Notes under the pieces: generated by a model
What the model was told of the DNA's origin: nothing
The model's database searches: none
What the model saw: the letters and a program-made list of their open reading frames with translations, nothing else
Shown: piece after piece, positions 50,049-59,340 of the stretch
How positions within the stretch are numbered: the stretch's first letter is position 1
How the letters are laid out: the number at the start of each line of letters is the position of its first letter
NCBI GenBank assembly: GCA_947630015.1
Contig: CANRFY010000008.1
Location: 5,976 to 69,975 of the forward strand
DNA length: 64,000 nt
Origin: an uncultured Clostridia bacterium
GTDB lineage: Bacteria > Bacillota > Clostridia > Oscillospirales > CAG-272
Reading direction: 5' to 3'
Translations under genes and position numbers: made by a program

Positions 50049-51275
50049 ATGAACCGCACGATCCTTCACGCAGACTGCAACAATTTTTACGCGTCGGTGG
50101 AATGTCTATATGATCCGTCCCTGCACGGCAAGCCCGTCGCCGTCGCCGGCGATCCCGACGCGCGTCACGGGATCGTTTTGGCGAAGAATTACGCCGCGAA
50201 GTCGCGCGGCGTCGCCACAGGCAATCCGCTGTGGCTCGCGCGTCAGCGCTGTCCCGATATCGTATTCGTGCCGCCGCATTTCGAGCTGTATCACAAATTT
50301 TCGCGCCGCGCGCGGCGCATCTATTGCGAATACACCGACCGCGTCGAGCCGTTCGGCCTCGACGAATGCTGGCTCGACGTGACGGGCAGCGAGCGTATGT
50401 TCGGCGACGGAAGATCGATCGCAGACGAGCTTCGTCTGCGCGTCAGGCGCGAACTCGGCATCACGATCTCCGTCGGCGTCAGCTTCAATAAGGTGTTCGC
50501 CAAGCTCGGCTCCGACATGAAAAAGCCGGACGCCACGACCGTCATCGACAGCGATCACTTCAAAGAGACGATCTGGGATCTTCCCGTCGGAGATTTGCTC
50601 TTCGTCGGATCGTCGACGCAGAAAAAGCTGACGATGCTCGGAGTTTCCACGATAGGCGATCTCGCGCGCGCGGACGCGCGTCTGCTCGAACGCGTGCTTG
50701 GCAAAAACGGCGTCATGCTCTGGACGTTCGCGAACGGACTTGATTCGTCCCCCGTCAGCGCCGCAGGAAGCGAACCGCCCGTCAAATCGATCGGCAACAG
50801 CACGACGACGCCGCGCGATCTCTGCTCCGACGATGATGTGAAGCTCACGCTCTATATGCTCGCCGAAAGCGTGTCGTCGCGTCTGCGCGCCGCCGGCGCG
50901 ATATGCCGCACCGTCACGCTGTTCGTGCGCGACAGCTCGCTTTTCTCATTCGAGCGTCAGGCGCGCCTCCCTATCCCGAACCGTACCTCGCAGTCGCTTT
51001 TCGACTGCGCGTTCGCGCTCTATCTGCGCCATAAAACGGGCGCGCCGATCAGATCGCTCGGCATACGCGCCTCCGAGCTTCTGCCGTGCGAATGCGAACA
51101 GCTTTCGTTTATGCCCGACGTCGCGGCGATCCAGCGCCGCGAGACTATCGACGCCGCCGTCGACGGTGTGCGCCGGAAATTCGGGCAGACATCGATTTTG
51201 CGCGGCACGATTCTGTGCGACAAACGGCTCGCGTCCTCGCCGATCGCGAGCGAGCATCCGTTTTCGCGTCTCTGA
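50049..51275 (+). CDS. dinB: DNA polymerase IV (Y family)
   Basis: H.D.N.FYASVE, NY.AK, DE..LD, AK.GSD..KP. Confidence 0.95.
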   Translation: MNRTILHADCNNFYASVECLYDPSLHGKPVAVAGDPDARHGIVLAKNYAAKSRGVATGNPLWLARQRCPDIVFVPPHFELYHKFSRRARRIYCEYTDRVEPFGLDECWLDVTGSERMFGDGRSIADELRLRVRRELGITISVGVSFNKVFAKLGSDMKKPDATTVIDSDHFKETIWDLPVGDLLFVGSSTQKKLTMLGVSTIGDLARADARLLERVLGKNGVMLWTFANGLDSSPVSAAGSEPPVKSIGNSTTTPRDLCSDDDVKLTLYMLAESVSSRLRAAGAICRTVTLFVRDSSLFSFERQARLPIPNRTSQSLFDCAFALYLRHKTGAPIRSLGIRASELLPCECEQLSFMPDVAAIQRRETIDAAVDGVRRKFGQTSILRGTILCDKRLASSPIASEHPFSRL

Positions 51276-51339
51276 CGCGTCCGCGTCATATAAAAAATGC
51301 TTGACACGGATCGCGCCGTGTGATATACTGTGTATGTTC

Positions 51340-51410
51340 GCGGGTGTATTTCAATGGCAGAAAACCGGCTTCCCAAGCCGAGAACGCGGGTTCGATTCCC
51401 GTCACCCGCT
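51340..51410 (+). tRNA. tRNA-Gly(CCC), CCA not encoded
   Basis: GCGGGTG/CACCCGC acceptor stem, TTCCCAA anticodon loop, GGTTCGATTCC T-arm; TTGACA/TATACT promoter just upstream. Confidence 0.93.
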
Positions 51411-51463
51411 GCATACAACGCAAGCCCGATTTCGGGCTTGCGTTATATTTCGCAATATCATAT

Positions 51464-51536
51464 CGGGGTGTGGCCCAGTTGGTAGGGCACCTGGTTTGGG
51501 ACCAGGACGCCGCGAGTTCGAGTCTCGCCACTCCGA
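51464..51536 (+). tRNA. tRNA-Pro(TGG), CCA not encoded
   Basis: CGGGGTG/CACTCCG acceptor stem, CCTGG-TTTGGGA-CCAGG anticodon arm, GTTCGAG T-loop. Confidence 0.93.
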
Positions 51537-51686
51537 GCGCGGGGGAAAAGTCAGCCGACTTTTCCCCCGCTTTGATCATACCCCCAAAAATTTTTCAAAA
51601 ATTTTTCGTTACGGCCGAGCATTTGAAGCCGATTTCGGCACTATATTATGACGGCGCCGATAAAAAAACAAAAAGGAGGTGATATC

Positions 51687-54323
51687 GTGTACCGATACGA
51701 GGACAAGACCGATGCGGAGCTTGTCGAGCTGTCGCTCGACGGCGACGCGGACGCGTTCGAACAGATCGTGATCCGATGCCAGCGGCTCGTTTTCGCCGCG
51801 GTGCGCGAGATCGTCTCCGACGCTTTTGCGGTCGAAGATATCGCGCAGGACACGTTCGTGTTCGCATTCGTGAATATGAACACGCTTCGCGAACGCGATA
51901 AGCTGCGTCCGTGGCTTGCGGGAACAGCGAGGCGAAAAGCGCTTCATTACGTGACGCGCAGACAGCGGTTCGAGGACATCGAGTCGGCGGAGGGGAAAAC
52001 CTCGCAAGACGACGATCCCGAACTTTCATTTCTGCGGCATGAAAAGAGCCGCGAGATACGCGACGCTGTTTTCGAGCTGCCCGAAAAGCTGCGGCAGGCG
52101 GCGGTGATGTTCTACTTCCACGATATGAAGGTAGCCGACATCGCGCGCTCGCTGTCGGTCCCGCAGGGAACGGTCACGCGCAGACTTCACGACGCAAGAG
52201 CGAAACTGAAAGAAAGGCTCAGGTATATGAACGAAAATATCAAAAATGTAAATCCCGCCGTATTTGCGGCGGAGGTAAGAAAACGTCTTACCGAAATCCA
52301 GACGTACTACGTCGAAAACGGATTCAAGGAGGACGACCGCTTCAATAAGATGTACAGCGACGCGGAAGAATACATAAAGACCGCGTCCGACGAAAACGAA
52401 CAGAAATCAGCGCTCGCCGATCTTTACACGTTCTGGGGACTTTTCCCCGATAAAGTGGAGGAGGGGCAAAGGCTCGCGAAGGAGAGCGGCAACGGCGTCG
52501 TGATCGCCGGCAAAATGATCCACGATTTATTTAAAATCGACGACGCAAGCGAGCGGCTGCGCGTCATCGATGAGGAGATGCTCCCAGAGATGGAGCGCCT
52601 CGGCTGTGACGAAGGAAAGGGCGAGCTGCTGTTTTGGCGCACACGCGCGCTGCTTCATCTTCGCCGTCCGCTCGACGAGATAGAGCAGACATTCGCCGAG
52701 GCGGCGCGTCTGATCCCGCCGGAAAACGTCTATCAGGCGTGCGCCGTGTGCGGACTTCGGACGGTCGCGTTCGCGCGCGAGAATGCGTCCGACCCGTATC
52801 TCGGGTTTTATGTGATCTCGGAGCAATACCGCGTTTCCGGCGGCAAGCTGCTTTTCATTTCAGAACCCGGGTTCAACCTCGAGTTAGTTGCTCCCGCCGC
52901 TCATCAATGGGACGCCGTCACATATTATGCGAGCCGGATCGGCGGGCTGTTCTACGATATGTCGATGAAGTGCGGCGATATTAAAACGACCGAGGACGGC
53001 GACACGTTCCTGCTCGTCTCAAACGACGAGTACGTATCGGTTCCCGCCGGCCGGTTCGCAAAGTGTATGCATATCTCAGTCCGATTTGCGGGCAACAAGG
53101 GATATCTTCCCGACGCTGCCGACGTGTGGTATGCGGACGGCGCCGGCATCGTAAAAGCAGTTTTCTCGAACGATTCTCACAGCGAGACATACGAGCTTTC
53201 CGAATACGAGATCAAGGGCGGCGAAGGTCCGTTCCCGCTCGCGGTCGGCAATACGTGGCGATATTTGAATCCCTCCCTGCCGGAATATACGGCGTCACTG
53301 TTAGAATGGTATGTGACGTGGACGGACGGCGTGACGGCAAACCTCTCGATCGCGCAGTCTGTCATGAAGAAAAAGGATTTCGACGAGGAGCGCGACGCCG
53401 ACGGCGAATATTTCATCGAAAAGTGCGATAAGCTGTGCGAGGACGCGGCGACGAACGTCGAAAAAGTAGAGGAAGCGATCGAGGCGCTGCGCGCCGCGGT
53501 GCGCAAAAACACGAGCGAGCGCGACACGCAGACGGCGCTCGGCGGCATCGAATATCTCGAGCGCTTCACCGAATACATGAAGAAATACCGCCTCTGCCCG
53601 TCGAGCTTCAACACGTTTATGTGGTCGAAAAAGGACGGACGCGTGACGACCAACGATAACTATTACAGCTTCGGTCCGTACAGATGGGGGACGTACCACA
53701 TCGAGGACTGCATCTTCGGAGCGAAGCCGTACAGGTATCAGGAACGCTTCCTCGAATGCATCTGGGACGACAAATGGGTCGTCGGATATCACGAGGAGGA
53801 CGCGGAGTGTCAGCATCCGTTTCGGTATGCCGGAGAGAAAGAGACGCACCGCTTCACGTTCGACGTCGAGGACGGCGGTACGGTCACAGTCGGCGCGGGG
53901 ACGTTTGACGACTGCCTGAAGCTGACGATCAGATACGGCACGCTCGACGATGTGCCGAAGGAAGCGTTTGCCTGCAACGGCGGCTCGGCGCTCGGCGTAA
54001 AGGAATACTGGCTCGCGCGCGGCGTCGGCATCGTCCGCATCGACTGCGATTTCGGGCGCGGGATGAACACGTCGCTGCGGCTGACCTCGTTTAAGAATCC
54101 GGCGCACGAGGACGGGTATTTCCCGCTCGCAGTCGGCTGCGAATGGGAGTATGACGAGGAAACGCTGACCTCGAACGGCTACTGCGCGAAGGTCAGAACG
54201 AAGATTCCGTGCGGTCACAGCGGCAAATTCATGATCGCGCAGGCGCAGGAGTTCTTCTATCGCGGCAGCGATGAGGAATACGACGCGTTCATCAAGAGCC
54301 TCGGCGACAAGTATCTGTATTGA
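51687..54323 (+). CDS. ECF sigma-70 factor with a ~700-aa C-terminal extension
   Basis: GD..AF, ED..QD.F, WL...ARR (region 2); LP..LR, .IA..L.VP.GTV..RL..AR..LK (region 4); AAGGAGG RBS before GTG. Confidence 0.88.
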   Translation: MYRYEDKTDAELVELSLDGDADAFEQIVIRCQRLVFAAVREIVSDAFAVEDIAQDTFVFAFVNMNTLRERDKLRPWLAGTARRKALHYVTRRQRFEDIESAEGKTSQDDDPELSFLRHEKSREIRDAVFELPEKLRQAAVMFYFHDMKVADIARSLSVPQGTVTRRLHDARAKLKERLRYMNENIKNVNPAVFAAEVRKRLTEIQTYYVENGFKEDDRFNKMYSDAEEYIKTASDENEQKSALADLYTFWGLFPDKVEEGQRLAKESGNGVVIAGKMIHDLFKIDDASERLRVIDEEMLPEMERLGCDEGKGELLFWRTRALLHLRRPLDEIEQTFAEAARLIPPENVYQACAVCGLRTVAFARENASDPYLGFYVISEQYRVSGGKLLFISEPGFNLELVAPAAHQWDAVTYYASRIGGLFYDMSMKCGDIKTTEDGDTFLLVSNDEYVSVPAGRFAKCMHISVRFAGNKGYLPDAADVWYADGAGIVKAVFSNDSHSETYELSEYEIKGGEGPFPLAVGNTWRYLNPSLPEYTASLLEWYVTWTDGVTANLSIAQSVMKKKDFDEERDADGEYFIEKCDKLCEDAATNVEKVEEAIEALRAAVRKNTSERDTQTALGGIEYLERFTEYMKKYRLCPSSFNTFMWSKKDGRVTTNDNYYSFGPYRWGTYHIEDCIFGAKPYRYQERFLECIWDDKWVVGYHEEDAECQHPFRYAGEKETHRFTFDVEDGGTVTVGAGTFDDCLKLTIRYGTLDDVPKEAFACNGGSALGVKEYWLARGVGIVRIDCDFGRGMNTSLRLTSFKNPAHEDGYFPLAVGCEWEYDEETLTSNGYCAKVRTKIPCGHSGKFMIAQAQEFFYRGSDEEYDAFIKSLGDKYLY

Positions 54324-54348
54324 CGGCGCGGCAAAATCACAATAACGC

Positions 54349-54381
54349 AAAAGGGAGAAGCTTATAAAAGCTTCTCCCTTT
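54349..54381. terminator. Bidirectional terminator
   Basis: AAAGGGAGAAGCTT-ataa-AAGCTTCTCCCTTT. Confidence 0.8.
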
Positions 54382-54386
54382 AGTAT

Positions 54387-54593
54387 TTATTCTTTTTTAT
54401 ATTCTAAAATGTCCCCCGGCTGACAGTCAAGCTCGCGGCAGATCGCGTCAAGCGTCGAAAATCTGATGGCGCTGATTTTGCCGGTCTTGATCTTGGACAG
54501 ATTCACGTTCGCGATCCCGACCTTTTCGGAGAGCGCGTTCAGCGATATCTTGCGGTCAGCCATTACGCGGTCGAGACGCATTATTATTGCCAT
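54387..54593 (-). CDS. Cro/C1-type HTH regulator (YozG-like)
   Basis: LD..M..RK, NLS.IKTGK..AIRFSTL..IC..LDCQPGDI. Confidence 0.93.
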   Translation of the reverse strand: MAIIMRLDRVMADRKISLNALSEKVGIANVNLSKIKTGKISAIRFSTLDAICRELDCQPGDILEYKKE

Positions 54594-54600
54594 ACGCGCC

Positions 54601-55197
54601 TCACAAAGTCTCGTCGGATTCGCGCTGAAGCTCCTCCCCGAGCCGGAAGACGAGCGAGAGCGCGTACAGTATCGCGGCTATGAGAACAAACGTCAGATCA
54701 ATATGAAAATTGTACGACACATTCTGCACGTTCGCCATGTTGAACACGACGTCCTTATCTATCATCCGCCAGAGGAAATATCCGCCGAGTTCGCTCGCGA
54801 TCTCGGAAAGCGTGCCGAACACGGCGGTCACGATCGCGAGATTGCGGATTTTTGACGATATGCCGGTGAGAAACGGTTCCCCGTTTTTGAGCGGCGCGAT
54901 TATCGAGCGCGATATCCACGCCATGACGGCGACGAACGCGCATTCGACGGCGGCGGACACAAGCACCGCGACGGCGCTCGTCTCAATATCGGACGCGGAG
55001 ATCGACGGCGAATCCTCCGCAAGCGTGATTTCGAGCGAGCCGAATTCAACCGACGTCGTGCCGCCCATCATAGATTCGTCGCCAGAAAGCGCGAGTACAG
55101 CCGCGATCAGGCATACGATAGCGGCGGCTCCCGCGGCGTAGAACGCGATCTTTGCGATGATATCGAACGCGCGGCCGAATTTTTTTAGTTTTTCCAT
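54601..55197 (-). CDS. DUF2975 membrane protein
   Basis: G.PF.......IR, VF..G..LQ.E.DETL; pairs with the YozG-like HTH. Confidence 0.88.
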   Translation of the reverse strand: MEKLKKFGRAFDIIAKIAFYAAGAAAIVCLIAAVLALSGDESMMGGTTSVEFGSLEITLAEDSPSISASDIETSAVAVLVSAAVECAFVAVMAWISRSIIAPLKNGEPFLTGISSKIRNLAIVTAVFGTLSEIASELGGYFLWRMIDKDVVFNMANVQNVSYNFHIDLTFVLIAAILYALSLVFRLGEELQRESDETL

Positions 55198-55304
55198 GAT
55201 ATAATATCCTCCCTTTGCTTTCCTCGAAGGAATTATATCACGCGCATTTACGTTTGTCAAGTATTATTTTACGTTTATCGTATATTTTTATATCGCCGTC
55301 GTTA

Positions 55305-55982
55305 TTATATCTCGATCGATTCGCCGCATTTCGTAAGAGTCGCGATCCTGTCCCTGTATGGCGCCGCCTGATCGGAGGCGGTAAAATCGGCGGCATATTC
55401 GCCGCGTCCCCAGAAATGCATCGGGAACGCCTTTTTTATATCGAGCGTCCGCATCGCATAATCGAAGCCGAGGGTTCCGTTCTCCCCCTGCCTCGGGTCG
55501 AGCGGCAGAAACGCGGCGTCGATCGCGACGCCGGACAAAAGCGAAAGCTCCGACTCGAACAGCCGTCTCATTTGCGCGTTCGCGCAGCTCGGCGCGCCGT
55601 CCCAGATCCAGAGATGAAGATCGCCCGCATGATAGATCGTTTTCCCGTCGACGTTTAAAAGATACGCGACGCCGCAGTCAGTCGAGCGAAGCGTCCTTAC
55701 GGCGACGCCGGCGATCTCGGCTGTTTCGTGCGGCCCCATCGATTTTGCGTTCACGCCATCGGGCGCGTCTATCTCGGACGACAGCACATAGTATGCGCCG
55801 CCGCGTCCGGCGTCGAAGATGTCGGGATTATAGTGATCCTCGTGAATGTGGCTGACGAAGAACACCGTCTTTTTGTCCGCGTCGGCGGGGCGCGGAAGCT
55901 CGCCGCGATAATAATCGAATATGAGTATATGGCGCTCCGTTTCGACGGCGAATCCGCTGTGATCTATATACGTTACCTTCAT
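55305..55982 (-). CDS. MBL-fold metallo-hydrolase
   Basis: HSGF, SH.H.DH, YHAGD, PMHFW. Confidence 0.9.
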   Translation of the reverse strand: MKVTYIDHSGFAVETERHILIFDYYRGELPRPADADKKTVFFVSHIHEDHYNPDIFDAGRGGAYYVLSSEIDAPDGVNAKSMGPHETAEIAGVAVRTLRSTDCGVAYLLNVDGKTIYHAGDLHLWIWDGAPSCANAQMRRLFESELSLLSGVAIDAAFLPLDPRQGENGTLGFDYAMRTLDIKKAFPMHFWGRGEYAADFTASDQAAPYRDRIATLTKCGESIEI

Positions 55983-56007
55983 AATTTACCTATCCCCCGC
56001 TGCCCCT

Positions 56008-56511
56008 TTATATTTCACGCGAGCCGAGATTTATAACGCGCAGGCCGGAAGCCTTCGCGTATCGCACCGTGTACGCGGTGCCGCCCGAGTTCGTGTTCAG
56101 ATACGCGACGCATATGCCGCATCCGTCGACAAGCTCGCGGTCGCGCAAAAGCAGGCTTTCGCGCGAATATTCGACGGCGGCGTAGACGACCTCGTCCGCG
56201 CTGGCGATTATGCGTTCGTACAGCTCGCGGTCGGCAGCGCTCCATTTTTTCGCCTGATCGCGGCTCGGCAGAACGAGTACGAGCCTGATGTCACGACATT
56301 CCGAATGCTTGCGGCGCAAAACGCACAGCGCCGAGAGCGTATCGAAGCCGAGCGCGCCTCCGCATCTGAAATTGCGGACGCCCTCGCGGTACAGCCGATC
56401 TATTATCTCATCGACGCTGACGGTAAGCGCTGCCGTCGCCTCCGCGCCGATCTTTCTGTGACCCGTAAAGCAGCACGTTTTATACGGATCGGTCGCACTG
56501 CATATGTTCAT
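56008..56511 (-). CDS. SLOG family (YspA/DUF1273-like) protein
   Basis: CCFTGHR, GGALGFD, RD..LVD, GGT.YTV.YA. Confidence 0.88.
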   Translation of the reverse strand: MNICSATDPYKTCCFTGHRKIGAEATAALTVSVDEIIDRLYREGVRNFRCGGALGFDTLSALCVLRRKHSECRDIRLVLVLPSRDQAKKWSAADRELYERIIASADEVVYAAVEYSRESLLLRDRELVDGCGICVAYLNTNSGGTAYTVRYAKASGLRVINLGSREI

Positions 56512-57374
56512 ACGGTACGGTAAAGTCCGCGCAAAAGCGCGATCTCGCGCTTGTATCCGTCAAGATCGTTCGGCGTTTCAAGGCAGAACGGAAGCCCGCG
56601 CAGGCGCGGAGAATTTATTATGCGCGCGATACCGTCGAGTCCGAGCGCGCCGCCGCCGATCACCTCATGGCGATCCTTGTGCGCGCCGAGTTGATTTTTG
56701 CTGTCGTTCAAATGGATCGCGCACAGTCTGTCAAGTCCGATCACGCGGTCGAATTCGTCCATCACCGCCTCCGGATCGCCGGCAATATCGTATCCGGCGT
56801 CGCTGACGTGGCACGTATCGAGGCATACGCCGAGCTTTCCCGCGATCGCGGGATTTTCGCGTTCGGCCGCGTCTATTATGGCGCGCACCTCTTCAAACGT
56901 CGAGCCGATCTCGCTGCCCTTTCCCGACATCGTCTCGATCAAAACGCGCGTTTTCTGCTCCGGCTTCACTACCGTCGCAAGGCAGCGCGCCGTCAGCTCA
57001 ATGCCGGCCTCGATCCCCTGCCCCGTATGCGTCCCGGGATGGAAATTGTAAAGCGTCCCGGGAAAATATTCGAGCCGTTCTATATCCTCCGCCATCGAGC
57101 GGATCGCAAATTCGCGCACGTTTTCCTTTGCCGAGCATGGATTGACCGTATACGCGGCGTGCGCGATCATATCCGAGAAGCGAAGCCCATGCTCGTCCGC
57201 GAACGCGATCGCACTATTTATATCGTCAAGATCGAGCGCGCGCGAGTCGCCGCCGCGCGGATTACGCGTGAAATACTGGAGCGTATTGCCGTCGATCGCG
57301 ACGGCGTCGCGCAGCATGGCGGTATATCCTCCGGATACCGACATATGCGCGCCGATTTTCATTCTTTCCTGCAT
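56508..57374 (-). CDS. nfo: Endonuclease IV
   Basis: IGAH.S, HPG.H, ETMSGKG.E.G, DTCH, HLNDS, DRH, LETP. Confidence 0.96.
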   Translation of the reverse strand: MQERMKIGAHMSVSGGYTAMLRDAVAIDGNTLQYFTRNPRGGDSRALDLDDINSAIAFADEHGLRFSDMIAHAAYTVNPCSAKENVREFAIRSMAEDIERLEYFPGTLYNFHPGTHTGQGIEAGIELTARCLATVVKPEQKTRVLIETMSGKGSEIGSTFEEVRAIIDAAERENPAIAGKLGVCLDTCHVSDAGYDIAGDPEAVMDEFDRVIGLDRLCAIHLNDSKNQLGAHKDRHEVIGGGALGLDGIARIINSPRLRGLPFCLETPNDLDGYKREIALLRGLYRTV

Positions 57375-57501
57375 CGCTCAAATGCGGGCGCGTCGCTCGC
57401 GCCCCTGCCGCCTTTCCTCCGACTGACGCCGCAATTGCGGCTACGATCCAATTATAGGATAAAATTCCCCGAATGTCAACAAGAAATGAACCCCCGCATC
57501 G

Positions 57502-59340
57502 TTATGCGTCAGCCTCGATCTCTGCCCGCGCGTATATGACGACGCCGCCACCGCCGCCTGCGCGGACATAGCCGTGATCCGTCAAAAACCGTACAAAGCC
57601 GTCGACGCCGCCGTATTTTTGCAGCTCCTTTTCAGCCTTTTCCTCAAACGCAACATAATCGGACTGCAACAAATGCTCGGTCGAGCAGTATTGTATGTCG
57701 TAAAGCGTCTGTCTTTTCGAGAGATAAACTGTCAGAAACGTCGTCGAGGACGCGGACGCGCCGTCAGGAATTTCGCAAAGCGCCGCGCGGCGCTCGTCGT
57801 AGTATTCCATGTATACGCACTCGCGCGAGATGTATTTGATCCCCTCCGGCAGAACAGTATTTGAAAACGCCAAAACAGACAGCGCGAGCATCGCCGCCGC
57901 GATCATGCGCCGCGTCGTCGCTCGCAGTTCGGCGGCGTTCACGATGCAGAGATATATTATAAGCGCCGTCGAGCCGGACGTGTACTGATATAATACGTTG
58001 TACTGATACGCGTAATCTGTCACTAAATTCAACAGCGCGTATGGGATCAAAAGCGCAAATCGCTCGTATCGGCGCGTCAGAAACGGAAGTCCCGCCGCCG
58101 GCAGCATCGTCGCGGCGATAAATCCGAGCTTGTCAGCCTCTGCGCATTCGGACAATATCCTCATCGGATACAGAAGCGCCGCGGCGACGATATTTATTAT
58201 CGGCGAGCGGCCGCCTCCGGCGAAGTTTGAATAATGATAGATCAATATCCCGTCGCCGCAGTTTTCGAGAAAATTTACGGCGAGGACGAAATATACGACC
58301 GACAGCGCGGCGACGGCCGCGCCGGTCGCGACGCCGCGCCGGCGCGCGGCATTGTCGGGCGCGTTGAAATACGCGCTCATCGCCGCATATGCCCCGACTG
58401 CAAACGTGTAGACGGCCGCGTCCTCCTTGACCGCAAGCGTCAGGACGAACGACGCCGCCGTTATGACCGCGTTTTTCCGATCGAGGCCGTACAAAAGCCA
58501 GAGAAGCAGCGGCAGCAGGAATATATTTTCATGCACGTCATAGCCGAGCGCGCCGAAAAACGTCGGCGTCAGCATCGCCGACGATGTGATCAAAAGCGCG
58601 CCGACGTCCCCGATCCCGTGCGCGCGGCACAGCTTCCATATCGGGAACGCCGCCGACGCCGCGACGGCGGCTCCGAGCGCCGCCATCGTCTCCGCGTGCG
58701 GGAATATCGCGTAAAACGGCAGCATCGCGTACCAGATCGGCGACAGATGCACGCGCATATGCGAGAGCGCGCCGTCGCGTTCGAGCGTCGTCATAGGCGT
58801 GCCGGTCGCGCGCATTGATTCCATCATCTGCGAAAATATGCCCATATCAAACGCGGGGGATGAAAACGACCGTATGCGCGCGATCCCCCACCATGCCGCG
58901 AACGCAAGCAGCAGCACGCCGATCGCGGCGGCGGCCGCGATCGGCGCTGTCTGCGCCGTCACAGACTTTTGCGCGCGCGAATCAGTCTCGCAGTTGTCGG
59001 CGGCGCGTCCCTTTTGCGCGTACACGATCAAGACGATCAATACGGCCGCCGACGCCGAAAGCGTATACCACGAAAACGATCCGATCAAAAACGACGCCGA
59101 CAATAGCGCGAATAATATCGGTATCGACGCCCGCTCCGCGCGCGGGAGCTTTATCGGCGCCGCCGACAGCACCGCGAACGACGCGGCGAATACGGCCGCG
59201 GCGACGACGGGATCAGCTCCGAGCGATCCCGCAATCTCACCGCTACCGAACGCGGAAACTGTCAGCGCCGCGCACAGATACGATATCACGGCGCGCCTTA
59301 TCGCGCCGCCGCGAGCATCTCTCACCTTCATGCTTTTCAT
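57502..59340 (-). CDS. DUF2079 (GT-C-like) membrane protein
   Basis: FDMGIF.Q, SH..VH.SP, YD.HEN, VKEDA, YQY motifs. Confidence 0.8.
   Translation of the reverse strand: MKSMKVRDARGGAIRRAVISYLCAALTVSAFGSGEIAGSLGADPVVAAAVFAASFAVLSAAPIKLPRAERASIPILFALLSASFLIGSFSWYTLSASAAVLIVLIVYAQKGRAADNCETDSRAQKSVTAQTAPIAAAAAIGVLLLAFAAWWGIARIRSFSSPAFDMGIFSQMMESMRATGTPMTTLERDGALSHMRVHLSPIWYAMLPFYAIFPHAETMAALGAAVAASAAFPIWKLCRAHGIGDVGALLITSSAMLTPTFFGALGYDVHENIFLLPLLLWLLYGLDRKNAVITAASFVLTLAVKEDAAVYTFAVGAYAAMSAYFNAPDNAARRRGVATGAAVAALSVVYFVLAVNFLENCGDGILIYHYSNFAGGGRSPIINIVAAALLYPMRILSECAEADKLGFIAATMLPAAGLPFLTRRYERFALLIPYALLNLVTDYAYQYNVLYQYTSGSTALIIYLCIVNAAELRATTRRMIAAAMLALSVLAFSNTVLPEGIKYISRECVYMEYYDERRAALCEIPDGASASSTTFLTVYLSKRQTLYDIQYCSTEHLLQSDYVAFEEKAEKELQKYGGVDGFVRFLTDHGYVRAGGGGGVVIYARAEIEADA

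Noticed and set aside
51340-54323. Genomic island integrated at tRNA-Gly/Pro
   Set aside because: No integrase, and no duplicated tRNA 3' end (att site) was seen within the window.
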